This document shows positions 19,800 through 28,778 of a DNA stretch of 64,000 nt, piece by piece. The first letter of the stretch is position 1. Every line of letters begins with the position of its first letter. A program made the translations under genes and the position numbers. Origin of the DNA: Candidatus Gottesmanbacteria bacterium. GTDB lineage: Bacteria; Patescibacteriota; Microgenomatia; UBA10105; UBA927. The stretch is from the NCBI GenBank assembly GCA_903821745.1, contig CAIJMI010000003.1, positions 22,690 to 86,689 of the forward strand, in the 5' to 3' direction. The notes under the pieces are model-generated. The model was not told where the DNA came from. It saw only the letters and a program-made list of their open reading frames with translations, and made no database searches.

Positions 19800-20372
19800 T
19801 TACCGAATCAGTCCAATCGGCATATACCACGTATATGGTTTTTGACAAACTGGGCACTTGGAAGGGGGAGTTTTCCCGCGATGAATATATCCACAGTTTA
19901 CACATTTCCACTCGTATTCAGTATTTTGATCATACAGTGTTTTACTGTCTAATTGTTTCGCGATAATGAGGTACCGTTCTTCATGTTTCTCTTCGACCTT
20001 TTTTAAATTACCAAACAATCGTGTTGCTTCAACATCACGTTCTGCGATTGCAGTTTTTTCAAAATTCGGGTACATCGTTGTCCATTCATATTTTTCCCCT
20101 GCTGCCGCCATGTTGAGGTTTTCAACGGTATTTGTGGAGTATGCATGAATATCGAGTGTCACATCAGGAACTGACACTTCACCTTTTATCTTTTCATAAA
20201 GTTCCTCCGCATGTGCACGTTCATTTTCACCTGTTTCTTCAAAAACACGAGCAATCCACTCAAGATTTTCTTTTCTCGCCATTTTCGCAAAAATATTATA
20301 TTTATTTCTTGCCTGGCTCTCGCCTGCAAATGCTTTAAGAAGATTTTGTTGGGTTTGGGATGATGTATTCAT
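19800..20372 (-). CDS. rbr: Rubrerythrin
   Basis: AFAGESQARNKY, ExxH twice, C-terminal CVNC...CPVC. Confidence 0.94.
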   Translation of the reverse strand: MNTSSQTQQNLLKAFAGESQARNKYNIFAKMARKENLEWIARVFEETGENERAHAEELYEKIKGEVSVPDVTLDIHAYSTNTVENLNMAAAGEKYEWTTMYPNFEKTAIAERDVEATRLFGNLKKVEEKHEERYLIIAKQLDSKTLYDQNTEYEWKCVNCGYIHRGKTPPSKCPVCQKPYTWYMPIGLIR

Positions 20373-20395
20373 AATACTTATCATTATACAATGCT

Positions 20396-20662
20396 TTACC
20401 TAATTTTTTTTCTTAACCAAGATTGTTTTATTATTCCAAGGGTCAACGTTGAAAGAAAAAATCCAACCGACGGAACGATTGCATTTAACCATGGATCTTT
20501 CACTTGAATAATCTGTAAATATAACCCAATCGCTATATACGTAAACACAATAACGGTAATTCTTCTAATCCAACTTGTCTCCCATTGTTTATCAAGTTCC
20601 ACCCGCCTATTTCGTTTCTCAATTGCAAGTATTCGCTGTTCTAATTCATGAATATCATTCAT
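20396..20662 (-). CDS. Conserved small membrane protein of unknown function
   Basis: RNRRVELDKQWETSW followed by two hydrophobic segments; tightly packed in the operon. Confidence 0.7.
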   Translation of the reverse strand: MNDIHELEQRILAIEKRNRRVELDKQWETSWIRRITVIVFTYIAIGLYLQIIQVKDPWLNAIVPSVGFFLSTLTLGIIKQSWLRKKIR

Positions 20663-20664
20663 AA

Positions 20665-21384
20665 TTATTTTTCAATAACTTCTACTGATGTAATCTTCAC
20701 CGGATCCACTGGTGTTGAACCTTCACCCCCTGATTTCGTCGGCGCCGTTGCTATTTTGTCAACGACATCCATGCCTGCTGTAACACGACCGAAAATGACA
20801 TAATTTTTTGGAAGTGGGACATCTGCATGCATAATAAAAAATTGACTTCCATTCGTGTTTGGACCAGCATTTGCCATAGCTATTGTTCTTCTCGTGTACT
20901 CCCCTGTAAATGGTTCATCATCAAATGTATATCCAGGACTTCCGCTCCCTGTTCCTGTCGGATCACCACCCTGAATCATAAACCCCTTAATTACCCGATG
21001 GAAAATGGTATTATTATAAAAATTCTTTCGAGATAATGCGACAAAATTATTTACCGTTATCGGTGTAGCGCTTACTGTTAAGGAAACGGTAATGTCTCCA
21101 AGACTCGTTTTTAAAATTGCCTGATATGTTTTCTTTGTATCAATTTCCATAGCGTACGGTCCTTTCTTTTGATTAATTGTTGGTACTGGTGTTGATGTAG
21201 ATGTTGGAACAGCTGATGTTACCTCATCGCTAAATGATGATGCTGGCTTGTTTTGCATAGTTTGTAACTTGATAGATTCTCCTAATACTGTAGCCTCTTC
21301 CACTGGTCGGGTTTTCAACCAAATCGCCACGCCCCCAAACATAAATGCAAGTATTATCACAACAATGCTTATCCGTTTTATCAT
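20665..21384 (-). CDS. Membrane-anchored cyclophilin-type peptidyl-prolyl isomerase
   Basis: FHRVIKGFMIQGGDP, MANAGPNTNGSQFF; N-terminal TM. Confidence 0.93.
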   Translation of the reverse strand: MIKRISIVVIILAFMFGGVAIWLKTRPVEEATVLGESIKLQTMQNKPASSFSDEVTSAVPTSTSTPVPTINQKKGPYAMEIDTKKTYQAILKTSLGDITVSLTVSATPITVNNFVALSRKNFYNNTIFHRVIKGFMIQGGDPTGTGSGSPGYTFDDEPFTGEYTRRTIAMANAGPNTNGSQFFIMHADVPLPKNYVIFGRVTAGMDVVDKIATAPTKSGGEGSTPVDPVKITSVEVIEK

Positions 21385-21444
21385 ATGAGCTATAGTACCA
21401 TATTTTTCTAATATTTTAATATGGTACAATATCGCCAGATACGT

Positions 21445-22167
21445 ATGCCGATCTTATTTGCAGTTCTTACTTTTATCTCAACCCTTTGTGGAGGTCTCGT
21501 TGCACTCCGGTTTAAAAATAAAATCCATTTAATTCTCGGATTTACTGCAGGAGTGCTTCTTGCTGTCGTCGCGTTTGATATTTTCCCAGAAATAAATGAT
21601 TTAACGGCAAAATTAAACGGTAACATTATGCACCCAATGATTGCACTCATTCTGGGATTCATGATGTTTCATATCCTAGAAAAAGTGCTGATTATGCACT
21701 ATGCAGAAGAAGATCAATATCATGCACATAAACATCCTGTTGTTGGTATCGCATCTGGTATTGCTATTGCACTTCATGCGTTTTTTGATGGTGTTGGTAT
21801 CGGACTTGGTTTTAAAATCTCTTCAACCATCGGTATATTTATTGCTCTTGCCGTTATTGCACATGATTTTTCAGATGGGTTAAATACTGTAACGTTAGCG
21901 CTTGTGAATAAAAATACCAGAAATAAAGCGATCAAACTTCTTTTGCTTGTGGCAATAGCACCAATTCTTGGAATATTTTCAACTAATTTCTTTACCATTT
22001 CTCCCTATTTTCTCCTTCTATATCTGGGGTATTTTTCGGGGTTTTTATTATATATTGGTGCCTCGGACATTTTACCAGAAGCACACAGTAGCCATTCATC
22101 GCTCTCAACAATTCTAATGACAATCCTTGGAATTCTGCTTATTTTCTTTGTAAGTCAAATTGTCTAA
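21445..22167 (+). CDS. ZIP family metal transporter
   Basis: GFTAGV, His-rich loop HAHKH, HAFFDG, HDFSDG, LPEAH. Confidence 0.9.
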   Translation: MPILFAVLTFISTLCGGLVALRFKNKIHLILGFTAGVLLAVVAFDIFPEINDLTAKLNGNIMHPMIALILGFMMFHILEKVLIMHYAEEDQYHAHKHPVVGIASGIAIALHAFFDGVGIGLGFKISSTIGIFIALAVIAHDFSDGLNTVTLALVNKNTRNKAIKLLLLVAIAPILGIFSTNFFTISPYFLLLYLGYFSGFLLYIGASDILPEAHSSHSSLSTILMTILGILLIFFVSQIV

Positions 22168-22170
22168 CGA

Positions 22171-22877
22171 TCATTTCTCCATGGCTTTTTTTCGAAGATT
22201 TGCTGGCATGAGTTCGATTGCATATCGAAGTGCTGTTCTGGGCATTTCGTTTTTATGTCGCACAACATACTTAAATATTTCTTTTTGATGAAGTCTGCTT
22301 GCTTCTTTTAGCATCCATCCATATCCTTTTTGAACCATATCATCAGTGTCCAAAAGCAAAATATTAGCAATATCAAAGACCTCATCAAGAAATTTTCCAT
22401 GCTTTGCTGGTACTATGAGTGAAACTGCAGATGCACGTTTCACCCATCGATTTTTTGATTTTGCCCAAGTTTTTAACTCTTGGACATACTCTGGATACAT
22501 TTGGAAAAAATCACCGACAGTATGATTACAAAATCCGTCACACGATGCCCAATTCGTAATGTATGTATTGATCCAGTGATAAAAAACAGCAAAATCGGTC
22601 TTCTCAAATTGCCTTGCCATTCGTGGCACCCAAGTGGAAACAACAAATGATTCTTCCATGACACCTGATTTATAAAGTTCCTCGCAAAGGTCAAAAATTT
22701 CTTGCTTCGGAAGATCTTTTATTTCTTTCCAATATTTTTTGCAATATCAACTACCGTCCCAGTTGGTACTCCATATACGAGGATTGCTTCTTTGAAAAAA
22801 CGTTTTGCTGATTCCTTTCCATTCCTATCAGCATGTTCTTTTAAATCATTTCTGAGGAGGGATAAAACGTTCTTCAT
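22171..22877 (-). pseudogene. AlkD-like DNA alkylation repair protein interrupted by a 1-nt frameshift in an A6 run
   Basis: ATG at 22877 coupled to the engB stop; frame 0 stops at TAA 22721-22719; the downstream frame has NWASCD and VQKGYGWMLKE; total length 707 nt. Confidence 0.75.
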
Positions 22878-23446
22878 ATCATGTGTTCCAGAGTTAAAAG
22901 AATAGAACTTCGACCTTCATTGGTCTTCGTGCTATAAGGAATTACAATTGCACCTCCGCTTTGTTTTGTTATTTCGTCAATTTGTTTTTTTTGTTCCAGT
23001 TTGGATAATTTATCTATTTTGTTTGCAATGATAATCCTATCAATTTTTAACTTTGCTAGGTAGTCGACCATTTGTAAATCAAAATCTGTCATACCAACAA
23101 CACTGTCTACAATATGAATAACAACCCGCCGTTTCACTTCGGAATATTCAAAATACCACATCATCATTTTTCGATATCGTTCACGTTCATCAGCTGACGC
23201 ATGCGCAAAACCATATCCAGGAAAATCAACAAAATAAAACTTGTTGTTGATCACAAAAATATCAAGATGTTTGGTTTTGCCTGGAGCTTTACTCGATCGA
23301 GCTAATTTCTCATGTACAAGGGAATTAATGACGCTAGACTTTCCAACATTTGATCTTCCAACAAAAGCAACTTGGAATTTAGCGTCATAAAGAATCTTAT
23401 CTGTGCCATTAATACTTTTGACAAATACTGCTGATGTTATCGTCAT
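22874..23446 (-). CDS. engB: Ribosome biogenesis GTPase EngB (YsxC/YihA)
   Basis: GRSNVGKSS, PGKT, DFPGYG, NKID. Confidence 0.93.
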   Translation of the reverse strand: MTITSAVFVKSINGTDKILYDAKFQVAFVGRSNVGKSSVINSLVHEKLARSSKAPGKTKHLDIFVINNKFYFVDFPGYGFAHASADERERYRKMMMWYFEYSEVKRRVVIHIVDSVVGMTDFDLQMVDYLAKLKIDRIIIANKIDKLSKLEQKKQIDEITKQSGGAIVIPYSTKTNEGRSSILLTLEHMI

Positions 23447-23582
23447 GCCCGTATTATACCAAGTATGTACCTTTAGCACCCATATTAGCCTCATAAGCCT
23501 ATAAAATAACCGCTTCTACTGATTTTTATAGCTAATCAGCTTGATTTGACGATCAAATCCGCGTATAATTCGCAAAACCACT

Positions 23583-24641
23583 ATGGGACTCGAAAATAGA
23601 CTCCATCATTTTGATGGACCACAACATTTTTTCCATTGTTTACCTGTGGAGGACTTATCGGAATTTAATTCTTTAAACTTACGTCAATGGGAAACACAAG
23701 CAGGACCGAAAACATTCGTGGAACGATTTCTCATTGAGGGTGTTGGATTTTTTCCGGACAAAATGATTATTCCGCGCTCCATTGTAGAAGTGACTGATAT
23801 TCCTCGTATCAAACAACTCCTTGAAGAAGGAATCGATCAAAAATATTCCATGGGTGTACGAACGATTTCAGAAAAACCTACTCTTTTTGGTAATAAATTA
23901 CCTTGGGATATGGAAATAAATACACCAGAAAAAATCAATATGTTTATTTCTGCAACACTCCCTTTATGGCAAGATTATTCAAAAAATAACGGACTCACTA
24001 TTAATCAATTGATCATTATGAAAAATTTACCCGAGATAGGAACAAAACATTCCGACAAAAATCAATTTGTTGCAAGACTGAGATGGGACTCAATGAGTGA
24101 CCGTTCCAATGAACTTACACCGTATCAACTTACATTAGAAATGGTTTCGGGAACCAATCAGCTTCGCGGTTTAGATACCTGTATGGAAGATACACAAGTA
24201 AATCAATCGGTCCTTTTTCGTTATCAGGCAAAATATTCACCAACGCGATACTTTCTAGGAGGAACCGTAACCATCGGAACTAAATATTTTATCGAACTTC
24301 AGACAGAAGCAAAAAAAATTTTGATAGAAAACCAGTTTATGTTACCCGATTCTGTACGAGCGACACTTCGCTCGGAAGAACTCCCATATATCGATACACT
24401 GTTAACTTTTTTACGTGAGGCAGCGGTTGATCCGAATATTCAATTACTTGAACGATTTGAGTTCTTTTCCTCGATTGGCCTTTCAGCAGTAGAAATTCAG
24501 GGATATACCAATAAAGCCGACAAAAACTACGCACGTATTTATGGACTCAGGGGACACAAAGATGAAACAAAAACTGGCTTAGATCAATTTACTAAAAATA
24601 TAGAAGAATTATCAACAAGAAACTTATTGAAATCCTTTTAA
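23583..24641 (+). CDS. Hypothetical protein, possibly a divergent PEP-synthase/PPDK N-terminal ATP-grasp domain
   Basis: 352-aa ORF with its own TATAAT; motif order resembles PPDK_N (see findings). Confidence 0.6.
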   Translation: MGLENRLHHFDGPQHFFHCLPVEDLSEFNSLNLRQWETQAGPKTFVERFLIEGVGFFPDKMIIPRSIVEVTDIPRIKQLLEEGIDQKYSMGVRTISEKPTLFGNKLPWDMEINTPEKINMFISATLPLWQDYSKNNGLTINQLIIMKNLPEIGTKHSDKNQFVARLRWDSMSDRSNELTPYQLTLEMVSGTNQLRGLDTCMEDTQVNQSVLFRYQAKYSPTRYFLGGTVTIGTKYFIELQTEAKKILIENQFMLPDSVRATLRSEELPYIDTLLTFLREAAVDPNIQLLERFEFFSSIGLSAVEIQGYTNKADKNYARIYGLRGHKDETKTGLDQFTKNIEELSTRNLLKSF

Positions 24642-24943
24642 CTCTCGGACCAACGACTTATAGAAAGATCCACTCTTGCCTTCTTAAACATAACCCCTTC
24701 ATGTATAAGCATTGATTTCTTTTTTACAATTCCGCCGGGAGCAGAATATCCTGTAAGTTTTCCATCTGATGCAACAACTCTATGACAGGGAACTCTAGGA
24801 GCGAAAGGATTTTTTTTCATGAACATACCAACAGCCCGCGCAGCTTTTGCGTTTCCTGCAAGTCGTGCAATTTGCCCATATGTAGCAACTTTTCCTTTTG
24901 GAATTTTTGCTGTTATTTTATACACAGTATCTCTAAATGACAT
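24638..24943 (-). CDS. MGMT family O6-alkylguanine alkyltransferase (C-terminal domain only)
   Basis: IPKGKVATYGQIA, ARAVG, PCHRVV with active-site Cys. Confidence 0.9.
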   Translation of the reverse strand: MSFRDTVYKITAKIPKGKVATYGQIARLAGNAKAARAVGMFMKKNPFAPRVPCHRVVASDGKLTGYSAPGGIVKKKSMLIHEGVMFKKARVDLSISRWSES

Positions 24944-25014
24944 ATAAAAACATTTTACAACAATATTGTTTTTCTAAAGTAGCACAACAAAAATCAATAA
25001 TTATTTTGCTTTAA

Positions 25015-26211
25015 TTAATCAACAAACGTTAACGCAGTTCCTTTCTTACCAGCTCTTCCAGTTCTACCAATACGATGAATATAATCCTCATATGTTTCTG
25101 GAGCGTCATAGTTAATGACATGTGTCACCCCTTCAATATCAATGCCACGAGCCGCAACATCTGTTGCAATAAGAATATTCTTTCTATTATTTTTAAATTC
25201 AGATAATGCGCGTTGTCGTTGCCCTTGTGACTTATTTCCATGAATAATTGCTGTTTTAAATCCTCGTTCAATCAAAGAATGAGAAAGTTTATCCATTCCC
25301 CATTTTGTTCGTCCAAAAATGATTACTTTATCAAACCCTGGTTGTATAAGAAGATCATGTAAGACTTCAATCTTAACTTTACCACCTGTCCGCACAATAT
25401 CCTGATCAATATTTTTTACACCGTCCTGATGTTGTACAGAAACAGTTACTGGGTTAATAACAAACTCTTTTAAAATCTCCTGCGTACTTCCATCAACTGT
25501 GGCGGAAAAAAATAATGATTGACGTACTTTTGGAAGATAGGAAACAAGATATTTAATATCTTTAATAAATCCAATATCTACCATTCGATCTACTTCATCG
25601 AGTACTACATTCTCAAATAAGTTTAAATTCAGTTCACCCCGATCTACAAGATCTGTCAATCTTCCTGGAGTTCCGATAACAACGTGTGGATTTCTTCGAA
25701 GTTCATATTTTTGACGCTGAATATTCGCCCCACCAATAATGGCAGCTACTTCAAGACCTGTTCCCCGACCAAAAATAAAAAACTCATCACGAATTTGACA
25801 TGCAAGTTCCCGCGTTGGGACAACTATTAACACACGTTGATTGTGATCTAACATACATTTGTTAATAAGGGAAATAAGAAATGCTGCAGTCTTCCCCGTG
25901 CCAGTATTTGCTATACCAATGACATCACGTCCTGCAAGAATCTCAGGAATAGCCTTATCCTGAATGGCAGTCGGGATAGTATAGCCATGTTCTTCAATGT
26001 TTCTCTTAATCTTGTCATTAATCGCATAGTCAGCAAAACGTGCCGTTACAACCTGTTCTGGTTGCGGTGCTATAGCTGATGCCTTTTTAATAAAAAGATT
26101 CGGATTCAGATATTTCACTCCACGACGACCCCCCCCGCTACCTCGTGAGGCAAAAAGATTGCGTCCGTGTGGACCACGGCTATATTGACGTTGTCTATTA
26201 AATCCATGCAT
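25015..26211 (-). CDS. DEAD-box RNA helicase
   Basis: TGTGKT, PTRELA, TPGR, DEVD, SAT, ARGID, HRIGRTGR. Confidence 0.95.
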   Translation of the reverse strand: MHGFNRQRQYSRGPHGRNLFASRGSGGGRRGVKYLNPNLFIKKASAIAPQPEQVVTARFADYAINDKIKRNIEEHGYTIPTAIQDKAIPEILAGRDVIGIANTGTGKTAAFLISLINKCMLDHNQRVLIVVPTRELACQIRDEFFIFGRGTGLEVAAIIGGANIQRQKYELRRNPHVVIGTPGRLTDLVDRGELNLNLFENVVLDEVDRMVDIGFIKDIKYLVSYLPKVRQSLFFSATVDGSTQEILKEFVINPVTVSVQHQDGVKNIDQDIVRTGGKVKIEVLHDLLIQPGFDKVIIFGRTKWGMDKLSHSLIERGFKTAIIHGNKSQGQRQRALSEFKNNRKNILIATDVAARGIDIEGVTHVINYDAPETYEDYIHRIGRTGRAGKKGTALTFVD

Positions 26212-26212
26212 A

Positions 26213-26470
26213 TTATCTCCGTTCCTGTGGTTTTGCTTCTTTCACAACCAGCGATCGACCCGAAAAAGATGAACCATCAAGTTTTACCATCGCCTCGACT
26301 GCAATTTCTGCTGTTTCCATTTCAACAAAGGCAAATCCTTTTCCCATTCCAGTCATTCTGTCAACAATAAATTTTGCTGATAGAACAGTTCCATATGTGG
26401 AAAAAAGCACAGCTAGTTGTGCTTTGGTTGTTGAATATTCTAAATTTCCAATAAATAATTTATTTGTCAT
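26213..26470 (-). CDS. RRM RNA-binding protein
   Basis: RNP2 LFIGNL, RNP1 KGFAFVEM. Confidence 0.93.
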   Translation of the reverse strand: MTNKLFIGNLEYSTTKAQLAVLFSTYGTVLSAKFIVDRMTGMGKGFAFVEMETAEIAVEAMVKLDGSSFSGRSLVVKEAKPQERR

Positions 26471-26740
26471 CTATATATCCTTTCTTTCAAGTCATCTTTT
26501 TTGTGAAAAAATGATATACGAATACCACTGCTTAGAAAATTGAAAAAGAATGCAAGTGGGAAAGAAGATACAAATTTGAAAAATTGAGGTATCTTTTATC
26601 TCTAACTTAAAACCTTCAAAATCAAGATATAAGCAGAAGTACTTGTGTACCATCTGCGGTTACAAATAGTAATATACCACAGATAGCCCATATTAGCTAG
26701 TTATAGGCTAATTATCACATCCCAACGAAACAAATCTATA

Positions 26741-27001
26741 TTAGTGAAAGCCTATTTTACTTCCAATTACGGTTTCCTTTTGAGCATGGGTTAGTTGCTT
26801 TAATCGATATTCCCGTTTTAATGCCTCACCTCGAGAGGGAAATTGCTCTTGATACACGAGTGTGATTGAATCAAAACTTTTTGTATATTTTGCCGCCCTT
26901 TTCTTTTTACTTCGATGTTCCCGCAATCGCTTCTCCATATTATTTGTTTGACCAACATACAAGGTGTTAGCTGAAGTCCGAAGAATATAAACGGTGATCA
27001 T
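26741..27001 (-). CDS. GIY-YIG nuclease (UPF0213-like)
   Basis: VYIL...LYVGQT, RLREH, ALKREYRLK. Confidence 0.88.
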   Translation of the reverse strand: MITVYILRTSANTLYVGQTNNMEKRLREHRSKKKRAAKYTKSFDSITLVYQEQFPSRGEALKREYRLKQLTHAQKETVIGSKIGFH

Positions 27002-27057
27002 ATTTATGGCTACCTGACTGCGATTCTCGCGATAGCCTCAAGATTCTATTATTGGTT

Positions 27058-27747
27058 TTACCTTAATATCTTTCTGACGGTGCTATTAGCTAGTATTTTC
27101 ATTGTGTCATAAATTTTCACGTGGTCATGCTGAGGTACAATGAGCTGCAAATCAGTACATGCGAGGATTATAGTATGGACATCTTGCGATACAAAACTGT
27201 CGATAATACCTAATAATTCCTGCTTATCAACTTCTGTATGTTTTGATTGGACTAGATTATTAATTATTATTCCCATTTTATTCTGATCTTCATCACTTGG
27301 AGACTTGTATGAGATATCTGCATTTGTAAGCATCGCTTCGTAAACCTTGTCTCGTAGAGTCACTGAGGTTGCCAAAATTCCTATTTCCTTTATTGATTTC
27401 TCTCGAAGAAAATTAACTGTTTCCTCAATAATACTCAGTACGGGAATTTTTACTGACTTTCGGATTTTTTCGATAAAAATGTGAACAGAGTTACAAGGGA
27501 TAACTATAAAGTCTGCACCACCTTTTTCTAATCGTTTTGCAGCGTCAAGCAATAACGGTATGTATACATCTGCTCCTGTCCCGTCGATAATGAATCTTTC
27601 TTCAACAACATTTGGGATCGGCACGTTCCAAATAAGCATCGGTGGACGATTTTGTCTTTTTTCTTTAAAGCAGGAAAAAACTACCTCTAAATAGAAGTTT
27701 GCTGTCGTTTCTGGACCTAGACCTCCAATAATACCTGCTGTTTTCAT
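27058..27747 (-). CDS. Aspartate/glutamate racemase family protein
   Basis: GIIGGLGPETT, PCNS, LAT, ACTD (both catalytic Cys). Confidence 0.9.
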   Translation of the reverse strand: MKTAGIIGGLGPETTANFYLEVVFSCFKEKRQNRPPMLIWNVPIPNVVEERFIIDGTGADVYIPLLLDAAKRLEKGGADFIVIPCNSVHIFIEKIRKSVKIPVLSIIEETVNFLREKSIKEIGILATSVTLRDKVYEAMLTNADISYKSPSDEDQNKMGIIINNLVQSKHTEVDKQELLGIIDSFVSQDVHTIILACTDLQLIVPQHDHVKIYDTMKILANSTVRKILR

Positions 27748-27887
27748 ATATTTAAGCTGAACAACATTTGTACGGTTGTTTAATCCGTATTGCCTAGTTC
27801 TTACGGAAAGATTGCAACTTTGGCTTCAACATTCAACTTTTGAGGGTGTGAATGTCGATAGTGTGGTTTCAGTACTATCCGTCTTAG

Positions 27888-27958
27888 CTGGGAGACTTGG
27901 ATTCGGACCAAGATAACATCCTCCAGAGGGATGTGTACTACCATTGTACGATCTCCCA
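27888..27958 (-). tRNA. tRNA-Gln(CTG), no encoded CCA
   Basis: Acceptor TGGGAGA/TCTCCCA, D arm GTAC/GTAC, anticodon arm CATCC-CTCTGGA-GGATG, T arm CTTGG-TCCGAAT-CCAAG. Confidence 0.92.
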
Positions 27959-27962
27959 AATG

Positions 27963-28778
27963 TTACTCTGGTAGGCTGATTATACCAGTTTTGGAACGTG
28001 AGATTAAACTGTCCTTTAGAAGTGCGTGAAGAATAGTGTTCATAAAAATACTATCTTTTTTATATTGTTCCTGCATTTGTATTAATAATTCATGTTCGTT
28101 CCAAGTGTGTTGTGTGACTAAATCCAGCATCCGTCCTCGAAAATATCTAGTTGATTCTTTAAATACCACTGTTGTTTTCGCTTTCTTTACTTGTTTTCTT
28201 TCAAGTTCCAATGCTCCATAGTCCATTAATGCCTGATGCCATTCCCAAGATTTTCCTTTTGGTACCAATTGATCAGCAATCTCCTGCACTGCCTTTTCTG
28301 TTTGTGAAACATCTCTAAAAAAGAAATGCGTAAGAATTTGACGAATATTCGTGTCAACCATTGCAATATCTTTTTTATACGCAAATACTAATATGGCTCG
28401 TGCTGTATATTTACCTACTCCAGGAAGGCTTAATAATTTATTTTCGTCTGTTGGGAAGATATTGTTATATACAGTTACGACATTTTTTGCAGATGCATGT
28501 AAATATAATGCACGTCTGTTATATCCCATTCCTTGCCATATTCGCAGGACATCACCAAAACTGGCTTTTGCCAATGATTTCGCTGTAGGAAATTTTTCTA
28601 AAAATTCAATATATTTTGGCAACACCCGTGACACTTGGGTTTGCTGCAACATGATTTCAGAAACGAGAATTTTATATGGATCATGCGTCTTGCGCCACGG
28701 TAAATCCCGTCTATTCGTTTTCCACCATAAAAATATCTTCATCTGAAAAGCTCGAATTTGAGTAGATTTCAAGATCAT
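27963..28778 (-). CDS. MutY-like HhH-GPD adenine glycosylase without Fe-S cluster cysteines
   Basis: RDLPWR, SEIMLQQT, WQGMGYNRRA, LPGVGKYTA, VDTN, ALMDYGA with no following Cys motif. Confidence 0.88.
   Translation of the reverse strand: MILKSTQIRAFQMKIFLWWKTNRRDLPWRKTHDPYKILVSEIMLQQTQVSRVLPKYIEFLEKFPTAKSLAKASFGDVLRIWQGMGYNRRALYLHASAKNVVTVYNNIFPTDENKLLSLPGVGKYTARAILVFAYKKDIAMVDTNIRQILTHFFFRDVSQTEKAVQEIADQLVPKGKSWEWHQALMDYGALELERKQVKKAKTTVVFKESTRYFRGRMLDLVTQHTWNEHELLIQMQEQYKKDSIFMNTILHALLKDSLISRSKTGIISLPE

Noticed and set aside
23479-26697. The 11-mer CCCATATTAGC at 23479-23489 and 26687-26697, upstream of the engB and RRM promoters
   Set aside because: Only two copies at different spacing (17 versus 7 nt from the extended -10); compatible with chance in AT-rich DNA
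27008-27037. Small GC-rich hairpin GGCTA...GCGA-TTC-TCGC..TAGCC between racemase and GIY-YIG
   Set aside because: Short, single copy, with no SRP or other ncRNA signature
26741-27958. Possible island integrated at tRNA-Gln (racemase plus GIY-YIG)
   Set aside because: No integrase and no duplicated tRNA 3' end seen; the GIY-YIG is the short stand-alone type, not an intron homing endonuclease
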